From assembly GCA_017616555.1 (NCBI GenBank), contig JAFZXZ010000022.1, positions 16 through 64,015 of the forward strand: a stretch of 64,000 nt of DNA, given 5' to 3'. Below, piece by piece: positions 1 through 9,000 of this stretch. The notes beneath the pieces were generated by a model. It made no database searches. It was not told where the DNA came from and saw only the letters and a program-made list of their open reading frames with translations. A program made the position numbers and the translations under genes. Every line of letters starts with the position of its first letter. Positions within the stretch are counted from its first letter, which is position 1. Origin of the DNA: a bacterium. Its GTDB lineage: Bacteria; Auribacterota; UBA3054.

Positions 1-936
1 GGCGCCGGTATCGGCGCAGCCGGCGGCGGCGTCGGCGTTGCGATCGGCGCGGGAGCCGGCGCAGGAGCGGGACTCTTGACCGGTGCGATCGCCGGCGAAG
101 CCTACGAGATACACCGCGCCCGCATGCTGGAAGACTACGCCGACGTTGACCGCTACAGCGGCGAAGCCAAAGTCTCCACCAAAGTTGTCGCCAAGTATGA
201 AAAACAGCTGGCCAAGATGGAAGCCAGGACCAAGATGATGGCCGCCAGATACGAAGAGATCGTGGCCAAGAGCTATGTTCTGGCCAACAATATCCAGGCT
301 GACGGACGCTACGTCCAGGTTGAGACAACCAAGGAAGGCACGACTCAGATCACCATGCTCTCGGAAGTCCTTTTCGACGAAGGCCACGCCCAGCTTCGTG
401 AAGCCGTCTACCCCGTGCTTGAGGAAGTCGGCCGTGTCGTCAACACTGAGTATCCCGGCTTCTTGGTGGCCATTGAAGGACATACCGACAGCAACGAATT
501 GCCGGAAGGCTCCAACTACATGTCCAACTGGGAACTCTCCGCAGCCAGAAGTCTGGCTGTCCTGCACTTCTTGGAAAAGCAGGGCGGCGTTGATCCGAAA
601 CGCATGGCCATTTCCGGCTATTCCGCCAACAGGCCGGTCGCAAGCAACGCCACAGCTGACGGCCAGCGCCTGAACCGCCGCGTCGTCATAACGCTTATCC
701 CCACCGACTTCGGAACTCCGCTTTCGCAGGATGAGCAGCTGAACAACAAGGTGAACAACATCATGGAATCGACCATGCCTACGCTGCCCCAGAGCGGCAC
801 CGTCCCCGTTCCTGATTACGGACGAGGCGGCTCCACCGGCCTTGACATCGCCCCGGACGGCACGCTGCCCGGCGCGGCTCCGCAAAGCGAAGCCGAAATG
901 TTAAACAACCTTCCCGCCTTCCCAACCATTGACTAG
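1..936 (+). CDS. OmpA/MotB-like peptidoglycan-binding protein, 5' partial (Gly-zipper, coiled coil, OmpA_C-like domain, Pro-rich tail)
   Basis: Frame 1 is open from base 1 (GAGIGAAGGGVGVAIGAGAGAG), so the TTG at 76 is probably internal. OmpA C-terminal signature: GHTDSNE...SNWELSAARSLAVLHFL...NRRVVITL. Confidence 0.75.
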   Translation, partial: GAGIGAAGGGVGVAIGAGAGAGAGLLTGAIAGEAYEIHRARMLEDYADVDRYSGEAKVSTKVVAKYEKQLAKMEARTKMMAARYEEIVAKSYVLANNIQADGRYVQVETTKEGTTQITMLSEVLFDEGHAQLREAVYPVLEEVGRVVNTEYPGFLVAIEGHTDSNELPEGSNYMSNWELSAARSLAVLHFLEKQGGVDPKRMAISGYSANRPVASNATADGQRLNRRVVITLIPTDFGTPLSQDEQLNNKVNNIMESTMPTLPQSGTVPVPDYGRGGSTGLDIAPDGTLPGAAPQSEAEMLNNLPAFPTID

Positions 937-950
937 TAAGGAGACACCAT

Positions 951-1616
951 ATGCGTAAGATTGCTTTACTATCCGTACTTTCCGCTCTTACTTTCCTGAT
1001 GTTTGGCTGTGCGACCAGCGAGGTGACGTACCCTCAGCCGCTGGCCCTGAACAACGGCTCCTTCGAGGGCAAGACGATGTGCATCATGGCCTACGGCGAG
1101 CCGACTGACAACTACGAGCAACTCTCCGAGACCTACCACCGCTGGTGGCTCCCCCGCTTCATTTACGGCAGCGGCGAAGTGACCGTTCTCGATCACCCGT
1201 ACGTCAACGACGACGGCCAGGTCTTCCAGGACAACACCAATGAAGCTTTCGCCGAAGCCATTTTCAACCGCCTGAGAGGATACTCCATCTTCAAGCGCGT
1301 GGTCACGGTGAAAGACAGAACTGAAGCAGACGAGTTCAACTACGATTACCTTCTGGTCTTCCATATCAACGAGTGCTACGCCAAAGGCCTCGGCGCCAAC
1401 GCCAACTTCGTCGAATGGTCCACCATCGAAGGCAACGTCAACGTTTCCGTCTTCGTCTACGACCTGAAGGCTAACCAGAGGATCAGCGAGCAGAACATCC
1501 AGTCCACCGCGACCTCCACCTACGCCTGGGCGACGCCCGACGTCAGGGAATATCTGAGAAGAAAGCTTCTGAAGGGAACGACCTTCCACAACGCTGTCTC
1601 ACAGATAACCTTCTAG
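951..1616 (+). CDS. lipoprotein of unknown function
   Basis: AAGGAG lies 7 nt upstream of the ATG. Signal peptide with a lipobox (MRKIALLSVLSALTFLMFG|C). A terminator hairpin follows. No family recognised. Confidence 0.7.
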   Translation: MRKIALLSVLSALTFLMFGCATSEVTYPQPLALNNGSFEGKTMCIMAYGEPTDNYEQLSETYHRWWLPRFIYGSGEVTVLDHPYVNDDGQVFQDNTNEAFAEAIFNRLRGYSIFKRVVTVKDRTEADEFNYDYLLVFHINECYAKGLGANANFVEWSTIEGNVNVSVFVYDLKANQRISEQNIQSTATSTYAWATPDVREYLRRKLLKGTTFHNAVSQITF

Positions 1617-1624
1617 AAAAAGAA

Positions 1625-1648
1625 AGCCCCTCCTGAAGGGGCTTTTTT
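1625..1648 (+). terminator. rho-independent terminator after the lipoprotein gene
   Basis: 7-bp stem agcccct/aggggct, 5-nt loop, then a T6 run. It ends 2 nt before the next ATG. Confidence 0.7.
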
Positions 1649-1650
1649 CT

Positions 1651-2727
1651 ATGCGCGTCGTCCACGTCGGCAAATACTACTGGCCCTACCAGAGGGGCAT
1701 CGAAACTTACCTCAAGACTCTTGCGGAAGGGCTCAATCCTTTGTGCGATCTGACAGTCATTGTCAGCAACGACAAATGCGAGACCGTGGAGGAGAACGTC
1801 TGTGGCGTGCACGTCATAAGATTAGCAAGATGCTTTCATCTCAACAGCACGGATTTCCTTTTCGGGCTCCCGAAAAAACTTAAAGAACTTAAGCCCGACA
1901 TAGTGCACATCCATCTCCCCAATCCCTGGGCGGAGACAGCCTGGAAGCTGGCAGGGCGCCCCGGCAGGCTCTTCATTTCCTATCATTCAGATATTATCAG
2001 ACAGAAATTTCTTCTGAAACTGTATGCGCCTTTTCACAGGGCCACTTTGGAAAGCGCTGAAAAAATAATCGTCGCCACTCCCAACCATATCAAGTATTCA
2101 CCTTTCCTTTCCAAGCTCGGGGAAGACAAAACGGCCGTCGTGCACTACGGGCTTCCTAAGATCGATTTCCCCGCCCCCCGAAGCTTGGCGCGTCCCTTTA
2201 TCCTCTCGGTCGGCCAACTGGTTTACTACAAGGGCTTCGACGTTCTTATCAAAGCCGTCGCCGACATTCCAGACCTGGATCTGGTAATCGTGGGCTGCGG
2301 ACCGCTGGAAAAAAAGCTAATTAAGCTTACGGAAGATTTGGGAATAAAAGAACGCGTGAAACTCCCGGGCCATGTTTCCCGCGAAGAGCTGCTTAAGTAT
2401 TACGCCGACTGCGAATTCTTCGTCCTGAGTTCGACATTCCGCAGCGAGGCCTTCGGCATAGTTCAGCTGGAAGCCTTCCAGGCCGGGAAACCGGTCATAA
2501 GCACCGATCTGCCCTCCGGCGTCCCCTACGTCAATCAGAACGGCAAAACAGGGATAGTTGTACCCCCCGGCGACGTTAGGGCCCTAAACGAGGCCATGAA
2601 GGCCCTCCACGGCGATCCTGAAGCGAGGCAGCGTTTCGGAAGCGCCGCCAGGGAAAGGGCTCTCTCCGATTTCTCCGCTGAAGAGATGGTAAAGCGAACT
2701 TTCGCGCTCTACTCTCCCAAGGCCTGA
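1651..2727 (+). CDS. GT4-family (GT-B fold) glycosyltransferase
   Basis: N-terminus MRVVHVGKYYWPY. C-terminal GT1/GT4 motif: EAFGIVQLEAFQAGKPVISTDLPSGVPYVNQNGKTGIVVPPGD. Confidence 0.85.
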   Translation: MRVVHVGKYYWPYQRGIETYLKTLAEGLNPLCDLTVIVSNDKCETVEENVCGVHVIRLARCFHLNSTDFLFGLPKKLKELKPDIVHIHLPNPWAETAWKLAGRPGRLFISYHSDIIRQKFLLKLYAPFHRATLESAEKIIVATPNHIKYSPFLSKLGEDKTAVVHYGLPKIDFPAPRSLARPFILSVGQLVYYKGFDVLIKAVADIPDLDLVIVGCGPLEKKLIKLTEDLGIKERVKLPGHVSREELLKYYADCEFFVLSSTFRSEAFGIVQLEAFQAGKPVISTDLPSGVPYVNQNGKTGIVVPPGDVRALNEAMKALHGDPEARQRFGSAARERALSDFSAEEMVKRTFALYSPKA

Positions 2728-4241
2728 TCGATCTCCTTCAAAGCCTCATCGACGAGGCGCTTCACTTCCGGCAGCCTGCTCTTCAGTTTTTTCGCGGTCA
2801 GAAGTTCTTCTTTCGCGCCCTTAAGATCCCCCATCCCCGCCAGACAGCAGGCCAGGTTGTAATGGGCTTCCACGGTCCGGGGCCGCAATTCTATGGCTTT
2901 TTTAAGGTACGGCAGCGCGGATACGTACTGCTCTTTATTGAGGAGCGCTTCCCCTACGTTGGCGTTCACCCGGAAGTTCTCCGGGGAATATTTGAGATTG
3001 TCCCGCCAGATAAGCTCCGTGTCGCACCAATAGAAATTGCGCTGGAAAGAGGCGTAAGAGAAAAGCAGTATGATGACGGAAAGAAAAGCCGCGTTGAAAA
3101 TATTCTTCCTGGCGAAAAACGTGAAAACGACGGCGATCAGGATCCCGGGGAGCGCGCAGTAAAGCCTGTGCTCGTAAAGTCCGTTTGGAATAAGCGTGGC
3201 AGCAGGGGCAAGAGCAAGCGCAAAGAATCCGAGCCCGAAGGCAAAGTAGGGATATTTTTTCCGATTTATCCAGGCGAAGGCAGCCAATGCGATCCAGAAT
3301 ACGATCGATAGGATCACCCATACGGAAGAAAAGCCCTCAAGCGGAACGTCGTACTCCAGCCTTAATCCGAAGGGCCAGAAGCACAGCCTCAGATAGATGA
3401 TCCAGACTTTAATTTGCGTGGCGAAGTAAGCCCAAACGTCAGGTGTGTCTTCGTAAAGCCTACTGAGCGGAGAAAAATCAAAGCTCGTCCCCTTCCAGAC
3501 TCCGGCGAAGCGAAGGACCAGAAGACAAAGAAGAACAAAGGCAGCTGCAGAAATAACAATATATTTTTTGTTCTCTTTAAAAAAAGATTTCAGATCAGCT
3601 GAAGCGAAGATGAAATACCCCAGGATCGCGACAAGCGGCGCCACCGCCATGTTCTCCTTGCAGAAAAGCCCGGCAATGAGCGTCAATATCGCCGGCGCAA
3701 GAAAGATCTTCTTTTTCAAAGATAAAAGCAAAAAGATCAGGTGCATGAGGAAAAAAGTGAAGCACATCAGCTCCAGCCGCTGGACGATGTAGGTCACAGC
3801 CTGCGTATTGACGGGATGGACCAAAAAAAGCGCCGCACACAAAAATGCCGGAAAACGTTTTTCTTCTGCTTTCCCGGCCGCCTCCTGCAAAAGCAAAAGA
3901 AAATAATAAAAGAGAAAACCGTTCAGGATATGGATAGCAAGGTTGACAAAGTGATACCAGAAAGTATCCAGCGCGCATAATTTGTAATTGCCCCAGAAAG
4001 TCAGGAACGCCAAAAAACGTCCGGGCGAGAAATGCCAGACGTCAATCAATTGCCCCCTCAAAGAACTGTTGTCAACTATGCATCTGAAATCATCAAACTG
4101 CCACGTCCCCTTAAACGAGGAAACGTAAGCTGCAACGGCCAGAAGTAAAAGCAAAAGAAGGTCTAAGATCCAGCCTTTATTCTTCACTATCCCGCTTCTC
4201 CCCCAGTTCATAGACGGCGAGACCGTCAAAATCGCTGACAA
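2709..4241 (-). CDS. TMTC-like GT-C membrane glycosyltransferase (DUF1736/PMT_2-like) with C-terminal TPR
   Basis: First-loop acidic motif WQFDDF. The FLVHPVNTQAVTYIVQRLELM block is typical of TMTC/DUF1736 proteins. About 10 TM segments, then C-terminal TPRs (EAHYNLACCLAGMGDLKGAKEEL). Start is uncertain: ATG 4241, ATG 4211 or GTG 4187. Confidence 0.7.
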   Translation of the reverse strand: MSAILTVSPSMNWGRSGIVKNKGWILDLLLLLLLAVAAYVSSFKGTWQFDDFRCIVDNSSLRGQLIDVWHFSPGRFLAFLTFWGNYKLCALDTFWYHFVNLAIHILNGFLFYYFLLLLQEAAGKAEEKRFPAFLCAALFLVHPVNTQAVTYIVQRLELMCFTFFLMHLIFLLLSLKKKIFLAPAILTLIAGLFCKENMAVAPLVAILGYFIFASADLKSFFKENKKYIVISAAAFVLLCLLVLRFAGVWKGTSFDFSPLSRLYEDTPDVWAYFATQIKVWIIYLRLCFWPFGLRLEYDVPLEGFSSVWVILSIVFWIALAAFAWINRKKYPYFAFGLGFFALALAPAATLIPNGLYEHRLYCALPGILIAVVFTFFARKNIFNAAFLSVIILLFSYASFQRNFYWCDTELIWRDNLKYSPENFRVNANVGEALLNKEQYVSALPYLKKAIELRPRTVEAHYNLACCLAGMGDLKGAKEELLTAKKLKSRLPEVKRLVDEALKEIDQALGE

Positions 4242-5622
4242 GATGGAAAGGCACGCCCTGTTCTTCGCACCAGCCCTTCACGGATGGCGAGATGAAGAAA
4301 TTCCTTTTCCCAGGTACGATCTCATCTTTCACGGCAACATTTTTAGCAACAAGTTTCGGAAGAGTGGCGAGATGATAACGGTAATACTCCCCGTCGCTGT
4401 AAACATCCTCCGAAACTATGACACTACCGTAAGGAATGGCCCCGAAAGCCTGGGCAAGCTTTGCGGCCTCAAAAGAACTTCTTCTAGTGGGAGCGTTGGC
4501 CACGCTGTGGCCTAGAAGAACCAGGATGCCGATAAAAAGCAGCGGGCAAAGCACAAGGCGCATCTCCTTCGACTTGGAAATATAAAAGAAGGCGCAGGCA
4601 AGAAAAACCGCCAGATACGCCGTGAGGAGCCAATACCACTGTGCGGGATAGAAATGGTAGCTTGGAACAAGGAAAAGCAAAGTCGCAAGGAGTGCGGCGA
4701 AGACCGTCGTATTCTCGATCGTCGCAATTTTTTCCGCCTTTCGGAAGAAAAGTCCCAAAAGAAGGATCGGAAAGACGAAAAGACTGAGCGCAGAAAAAGC
4801 ACAAAAACTGCTGCAAAAAACAAGGAAACTAGATCCGTATTCTGAAAGCGGCAGGACGAAATAATTGCTCCAGAACTGGCCGTTTAGAACGGCGCAGAAA
4901 AGACTTTTACAAAAGTCCTCGCGCCTCAAATACTCGCAGCTCTCTCCTTTGCTGAATAAAAAGCAAGTGTAAAGGTAAGGCAAAAGCCCGACAACAAGCG
5001 CCAAAGCTAAGCCTGCGAGGAAAGCCTTTCCCTTCCCGGCTTTGAAAAGCATTAAGGCGGCGAAAGGCAAAATAAGCGCAAAGAACCAGAGCGCCAGCGG
5101 ATCATGGAAAGCCAATATACCGCAGGGAACGAATTTCAAAGGCAGCGGAACCTTTTCGTTCGCGATCACGGCGTAGGCGAAAAAGAAAAGGCAAAAAGAC
5201 AACGATACAGGCGTCACTTCCGTGGCGGCCGTCACGATGTAAGGCAGGAAACTTACCGCCAGAACAGCAAAGAAAGTGAAAAAGCGGTCCTTGAAGCGCC
5301 GGCTCAGGGCATCCCACAGGAAAACCATCCCCAGGGAAACGCACAGCGCGGACAGAAGCGCCAGATTAGCCCCGGGCTCGCTGATGAATTTCAGATGCGA
5401 AAAGGCGCGCAGCAAAATCGTGTACAAAGGGAAGAGCGGCGTATGGGGAGAGCCGCCCTCTATTGCGATGCGGACGAACTTCGCGCTATCCGCACCGGCA
5501 AGCGCCCCGCCCGGACCGTACTGAAGACGGCACACGAACTGGACGAGGACAAGAAGGAAAAGCGCTGCGCCCGCAGAAAGCGGGCGCAGGACGTCCAAAC
5601 GATCTGTTAGCTTAGTAGACAA
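4177..5622 (-). CDS. polytopic membrane protein, DUF2723/TMEM260-like putative GT-C glycosyltransferase
   Basis: The N-terminal block GADSAKFVRIAIEGGSPHTPLFPLYTILLRAF resembles the DUF2723 signature (GDSGE...G.AHPPGYPLY.LL) as I recall it. More than 10 TM segments and a soluble C-terminal domain. Confidence 0.5.
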   Translation of the reverse strand: MSTKLTDRLDVLRPLSAGAALFLLVLVQFVCRLQYGPGGALAGADSAKFVRIAIEGGSPHTPLFPLYTILLRAFSHLKFISEPGANLALLSALCVSLGMVFLWDALSRRFKDRFFTFFAVLAVSFLPYIVTAATEVTPVSLSFCLFFFAYAVIANEKVPLPLKFVPCGILAFHDPLALWFFALILPFAALMLFKAGKGKAFLAGLALALVVGLLPYLYTCFLFSKGESCEYLRREDFCKSLFCAVLNGQFWSNYFVLPLSEYGSSFLVFCSSFCAFSALSLFVFPILLLGLFFRKAEKIATIENTTVFAALLATLLFLVPSYHFYPAQWYWLLTAYLAVFLACAFFYISKSKEMRLVLCPLLFIGILVLLGHSVANAPTRRSSFEAAKLAQAFGAIPYGSVIVSEDVYSDGEYYRYHLATLPKLVAKNVAVKDEIVPGKRNFFISPSVKGWCEEQGVPFHLVSDFDGLAVYELGEKRDSEE

Positions 5623-6007
5623 ACTCGGTCGTAACTTCGATACTGGGATTAAGACTGTTCTTCACAGGGCAGGCTTTGGCCGCGCCTTCCAGCCTTTTCT
5701 TCATGGAATCTTCCAAAGCGATCTTGGGGAAAGTAACTTTCACTTTGAAAGTCTTAACGGAAGCGGGAGACTGCTGCATCTCTTTGTCGACTTCCACCAA
5801 AAGGCCGGTCATGTCCAAATTTTGCGAAGCTGCCACAAAACCTATCATGCTGGCGGTGCAGGTCGCAAGAGCGGCGGAGAGGACGTCCGTCGGGGAAAAG
5901 ACGCCGGGAGTCCCTTTGGCGTCGGTAGCGATGGAGGTTTCGGAACCGGCCAGTTTGGCGGTGCATTTCAGGTCGCCCTGATAAGTAGCTGTTGCTGAGA
6001 GAGCCAT
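5612..6007 (-). CDS. OsmC/Ohr-family peroxiredoxin-like protein
   Basis: 131 aa with the typical OsmC layout and two Cys (ALATCTASM...AAKACPV). Confidence 0.8.
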   Translation of the reverse strand: MALSATATYQGDLKCTAKLAGSETSIATDAKGTPGVFSPTDVLSAALATCTASMIGFVAASQNLDMTGLLVEVDKEMQQSPASVKTFKVKVTFPKIALEDSMKKRLEGAAKACPVKNSLNPSIEVTTEFVY

Positions 6008-6024
6008 ATTTTAGTTCCTTAAAG

Positions 6025-9000
6025 TTATGAGTTACGGCGTTTCGCAAAAAGCGCAGCCAAGATCAAGAGAGCAAAGAGAGAAGGCTCCGGCGTCAGAACG
6101 AAATCCTTGTAGCAGGAGCCTTCCGGCGTAAAGGAATAGTTCTGGTTGTCGTAGTTTACCGGCCTGACGCGCAGGCTGGTCCTCTGCTGCGGGCCGAGAT
6201 GGATAGTGTAGAACGGCAGGCCGCTCATATTGTAACGCTGCACTATGTTCTGGGTCTTTTCGGAAACGACCTGGATCTGAGCGTTGGTCACGATCTCGTT
6301 GCCAGTTCCGTAGAGAAAGCCCATGATGTAGGGAGAATATCCGTCGAGATAGACGGGGTAAGTGGGCGTGCCGGTCGAGACCACGATGTTCGTGACATAC
6401 TGCTTGCGCCCTTCGCCCCTCACGGTCAGGATATGCTCGCCGTACTGCAGCGTCAAAGCCGTGGTGCGGCCCTGCTCGGTAACGTTAGCCAAAGTGTTCG
6501 CGACTCTTGCCTCGGCTCCCACCACCGGGAAGAAGGACGAAGAGTCGGAGACCTTGGCGTAAACGAAGCCCTTGGACTCGTTGGCCTCGCAGGGAATGAC
6601 CACGCTCTTCGAGCCGTCCGTCAGATCGACTTCCAGCGCCCTTCCCTCGTAACCGTCCTTGTAAACGGAAAGATAAACTTTCCCGGCCGGCACGGCGTCG
6701 AAGACAAAAATGCCGTCCGTAGTGTTGGAGACTGCAAAGGCAAAATCCTCGCCCACCGCCCTTACAAGAGCGTCGCCCAAAAAGCCGTTGCCGAAGAAAG
6801 TGTTCGTCGTCAGAACGCCGCCTATTGCGTAGGTGGTGTTCTGCGCCGAATCGTCTTTTGTAACGTTAAGCTTCAGGATCTGGGGCGCGGAAACAGCCGT
6901 GTCGTTCGCGGCGTAGGCCGCGAAATAGTACGTGCCGGCGTACTGCGGGCGGCAGGTCACTTCCGTGCCTTCGCTGCCTGAGAGCGAAACAGGACCGCCG
7001 AAACCTGGCAGTTTGCGCCACAAGACTTTTTTGCCAAGGAAGAAATCGGCCTTCATCACGACTTCCTTGCCGGCAGCCACGGTGTATTCCTTCTGGGAAT
7101 CCGCAAAAGAAGCCTTGACATCAAGCGTGTTGGCGGGATCGAAGAAAATGGCCGTGTCGTTAATGTTGCCGGCGGAATCCCTGACCTGGCACTGGACATA
7201 GTAAGTCCTGTCTCCCGGGAAGGTGTGCGAAACGCCAACTACATCCTGCCAGACGGTCCAGCCGGAATCGTTGTCCCAGTTGAACCTGACCTGGGCTTCG
7301 TCGCCCACTGGCTGGACGACATAGGGCGTATAGACGACCGTATTGTTCCCGCGGTTTTCGGCCTCCAGATAAACGGCGGGATAAGTGTCCCTGACAAATA
7401 GGTTCGTCTCGGCTGAGGAAAGCACCACGCCGTTGGCTTTCTCAACGTTGAGCGTCAGCGTGTATTCGCCGGGCGTCACGTCGGCGAGAAATTCTCCCAT
7501 AAAGCTGTCGGAAGGCCCCGAGATCTCAAGTCCGTCGAGCAGCCAGCGGTATTTGTAACCGCCCATCGTGCCGCTGCCGTCAAGATAGACCGGGAAGCCC
7601 TGCTCCGCCGCGTAAGGTCCGTTGATGTTGACATACGGCACTTCGACCTTCGGAACTTTCACCAAAACGTTGTTGGTGACGGAATCCACGATGACGGAGA
7701 TGTTGTAATTCTTCTCCAAGCCTCCGGTCTTCAGAGGATTGACTTCCACTATGACAGGAACGCAGCCGTCCGCTCCAGGATTTATCGTTCCGGAGCTTGG
7801 GGAGATCGTCAGAGATTCGAAAATGTTGACCGTACTGAAATCGCAGCTGACCGAACCGGGGTTCGTGAGGAGCAGCACGGCGCTGCGGCCGTTCTCAAGC
7901 GTTACGGTGTCCGGAACATGCGGCCTGGCCTCCGCACCGTCTATGACGTGTTCGATAACGGTTTCTGTCACGGCGCCGTAGTTGTCCCTGACCTGGCAGG
8001 CGACGTTGAAGGTGCCGGCTGAGGTGAAAGTGTGGCTTGCGAAGTAAAAGTTCGTCCAGTCCGAATATCCCGTGCCGTCGCCGAAATTCCAGCGGATATC
8101 GAGGGAATCATGGATGCCGGGGTCTGTGGGAGCGGCGCTGAAGATCTGCGGCAGGTTGACCATCCTGGTCTCCGCTTCGCTCCAGATGTCGACGTGCGGA
8201 TAGGCGTTGGTGACGTGCAGAACAGTGTAGTTGGTGCAGATGACCGTCCTGAACGCCCTGTCCGTCACTCTCATTTCCACGTTGTAATCGCCGGGCCAGT
8301 AGATTTGGTCGTCCTTGTAGTCGTAGTAGTAGAAGTTGGTACTAAAAAGCGTCATGTCGTGGCCGACGATCCATCTGACGGTCGGCATGTAGCCCTTAGA
8401 GCCCTCGGCTGAAAGATGCGCCGGCTGGCCCTGGCCGATCGTATATTCGCCGTTGCATTCCGCGCTGACGTCGGGAATGCCCCTGACGGCTTTGCGGGGC
8501 TCGGGAGTCGGGAAATCGCCGGTCAGCCAGTAGTAGTAAGTCTGGCCAAGCGTCGCAGCGGAATCGTCGTAAGCCTGGAAGGTGCTGTCCCCTTCCCTCA
8601 GTTTCTCAGCGGTGGCGAAGTCTTCCACGGTATTGCGCCACAAAGTGACGTTGCCTTTCGTGGTGTTGCGCCAGCGGAGTCTGATCTTGTCGTCGCCGTT
8701 CATGCTGACAAAGCCGTAAGGCACGGCCCTGTTTTTGACGGAGTCGAAGGTGTAGCCCAGGCAGAATTCGTCGAAGGTTCCCTTGAAGCCCGGAGGAGCG
8801 TAAAGATACAAACTGGAGAAGTTGTAGCCCCAGTAAGAGTAGCCGTATTTGTGGAAGACCGCGTCGCTCACGTTGGGTTCGCTGCTCATATCCGGGTTGA
8901 CCCACATATAGATGTCAGTGTAGGCGTAGCCCGCGTCGTTGGTCGTTATCGTGCAGTGAGCGAGATAATGGGCGGGCGTGCCGAATTCGTGCTTGTACCC

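Noticed and set aside
2709-5622. Visibly lower GC in the two GT-C genes, considered as a horizontally acquired islet
   Set aside because: It is explained by the extreme F/L/I/K/Y content of polytopic membrane proteins. The genes are tightly overlapped with flanking genes and no integrase, tRNA-edge or repeats were seen. I could not compute codon-position GC to settle it.
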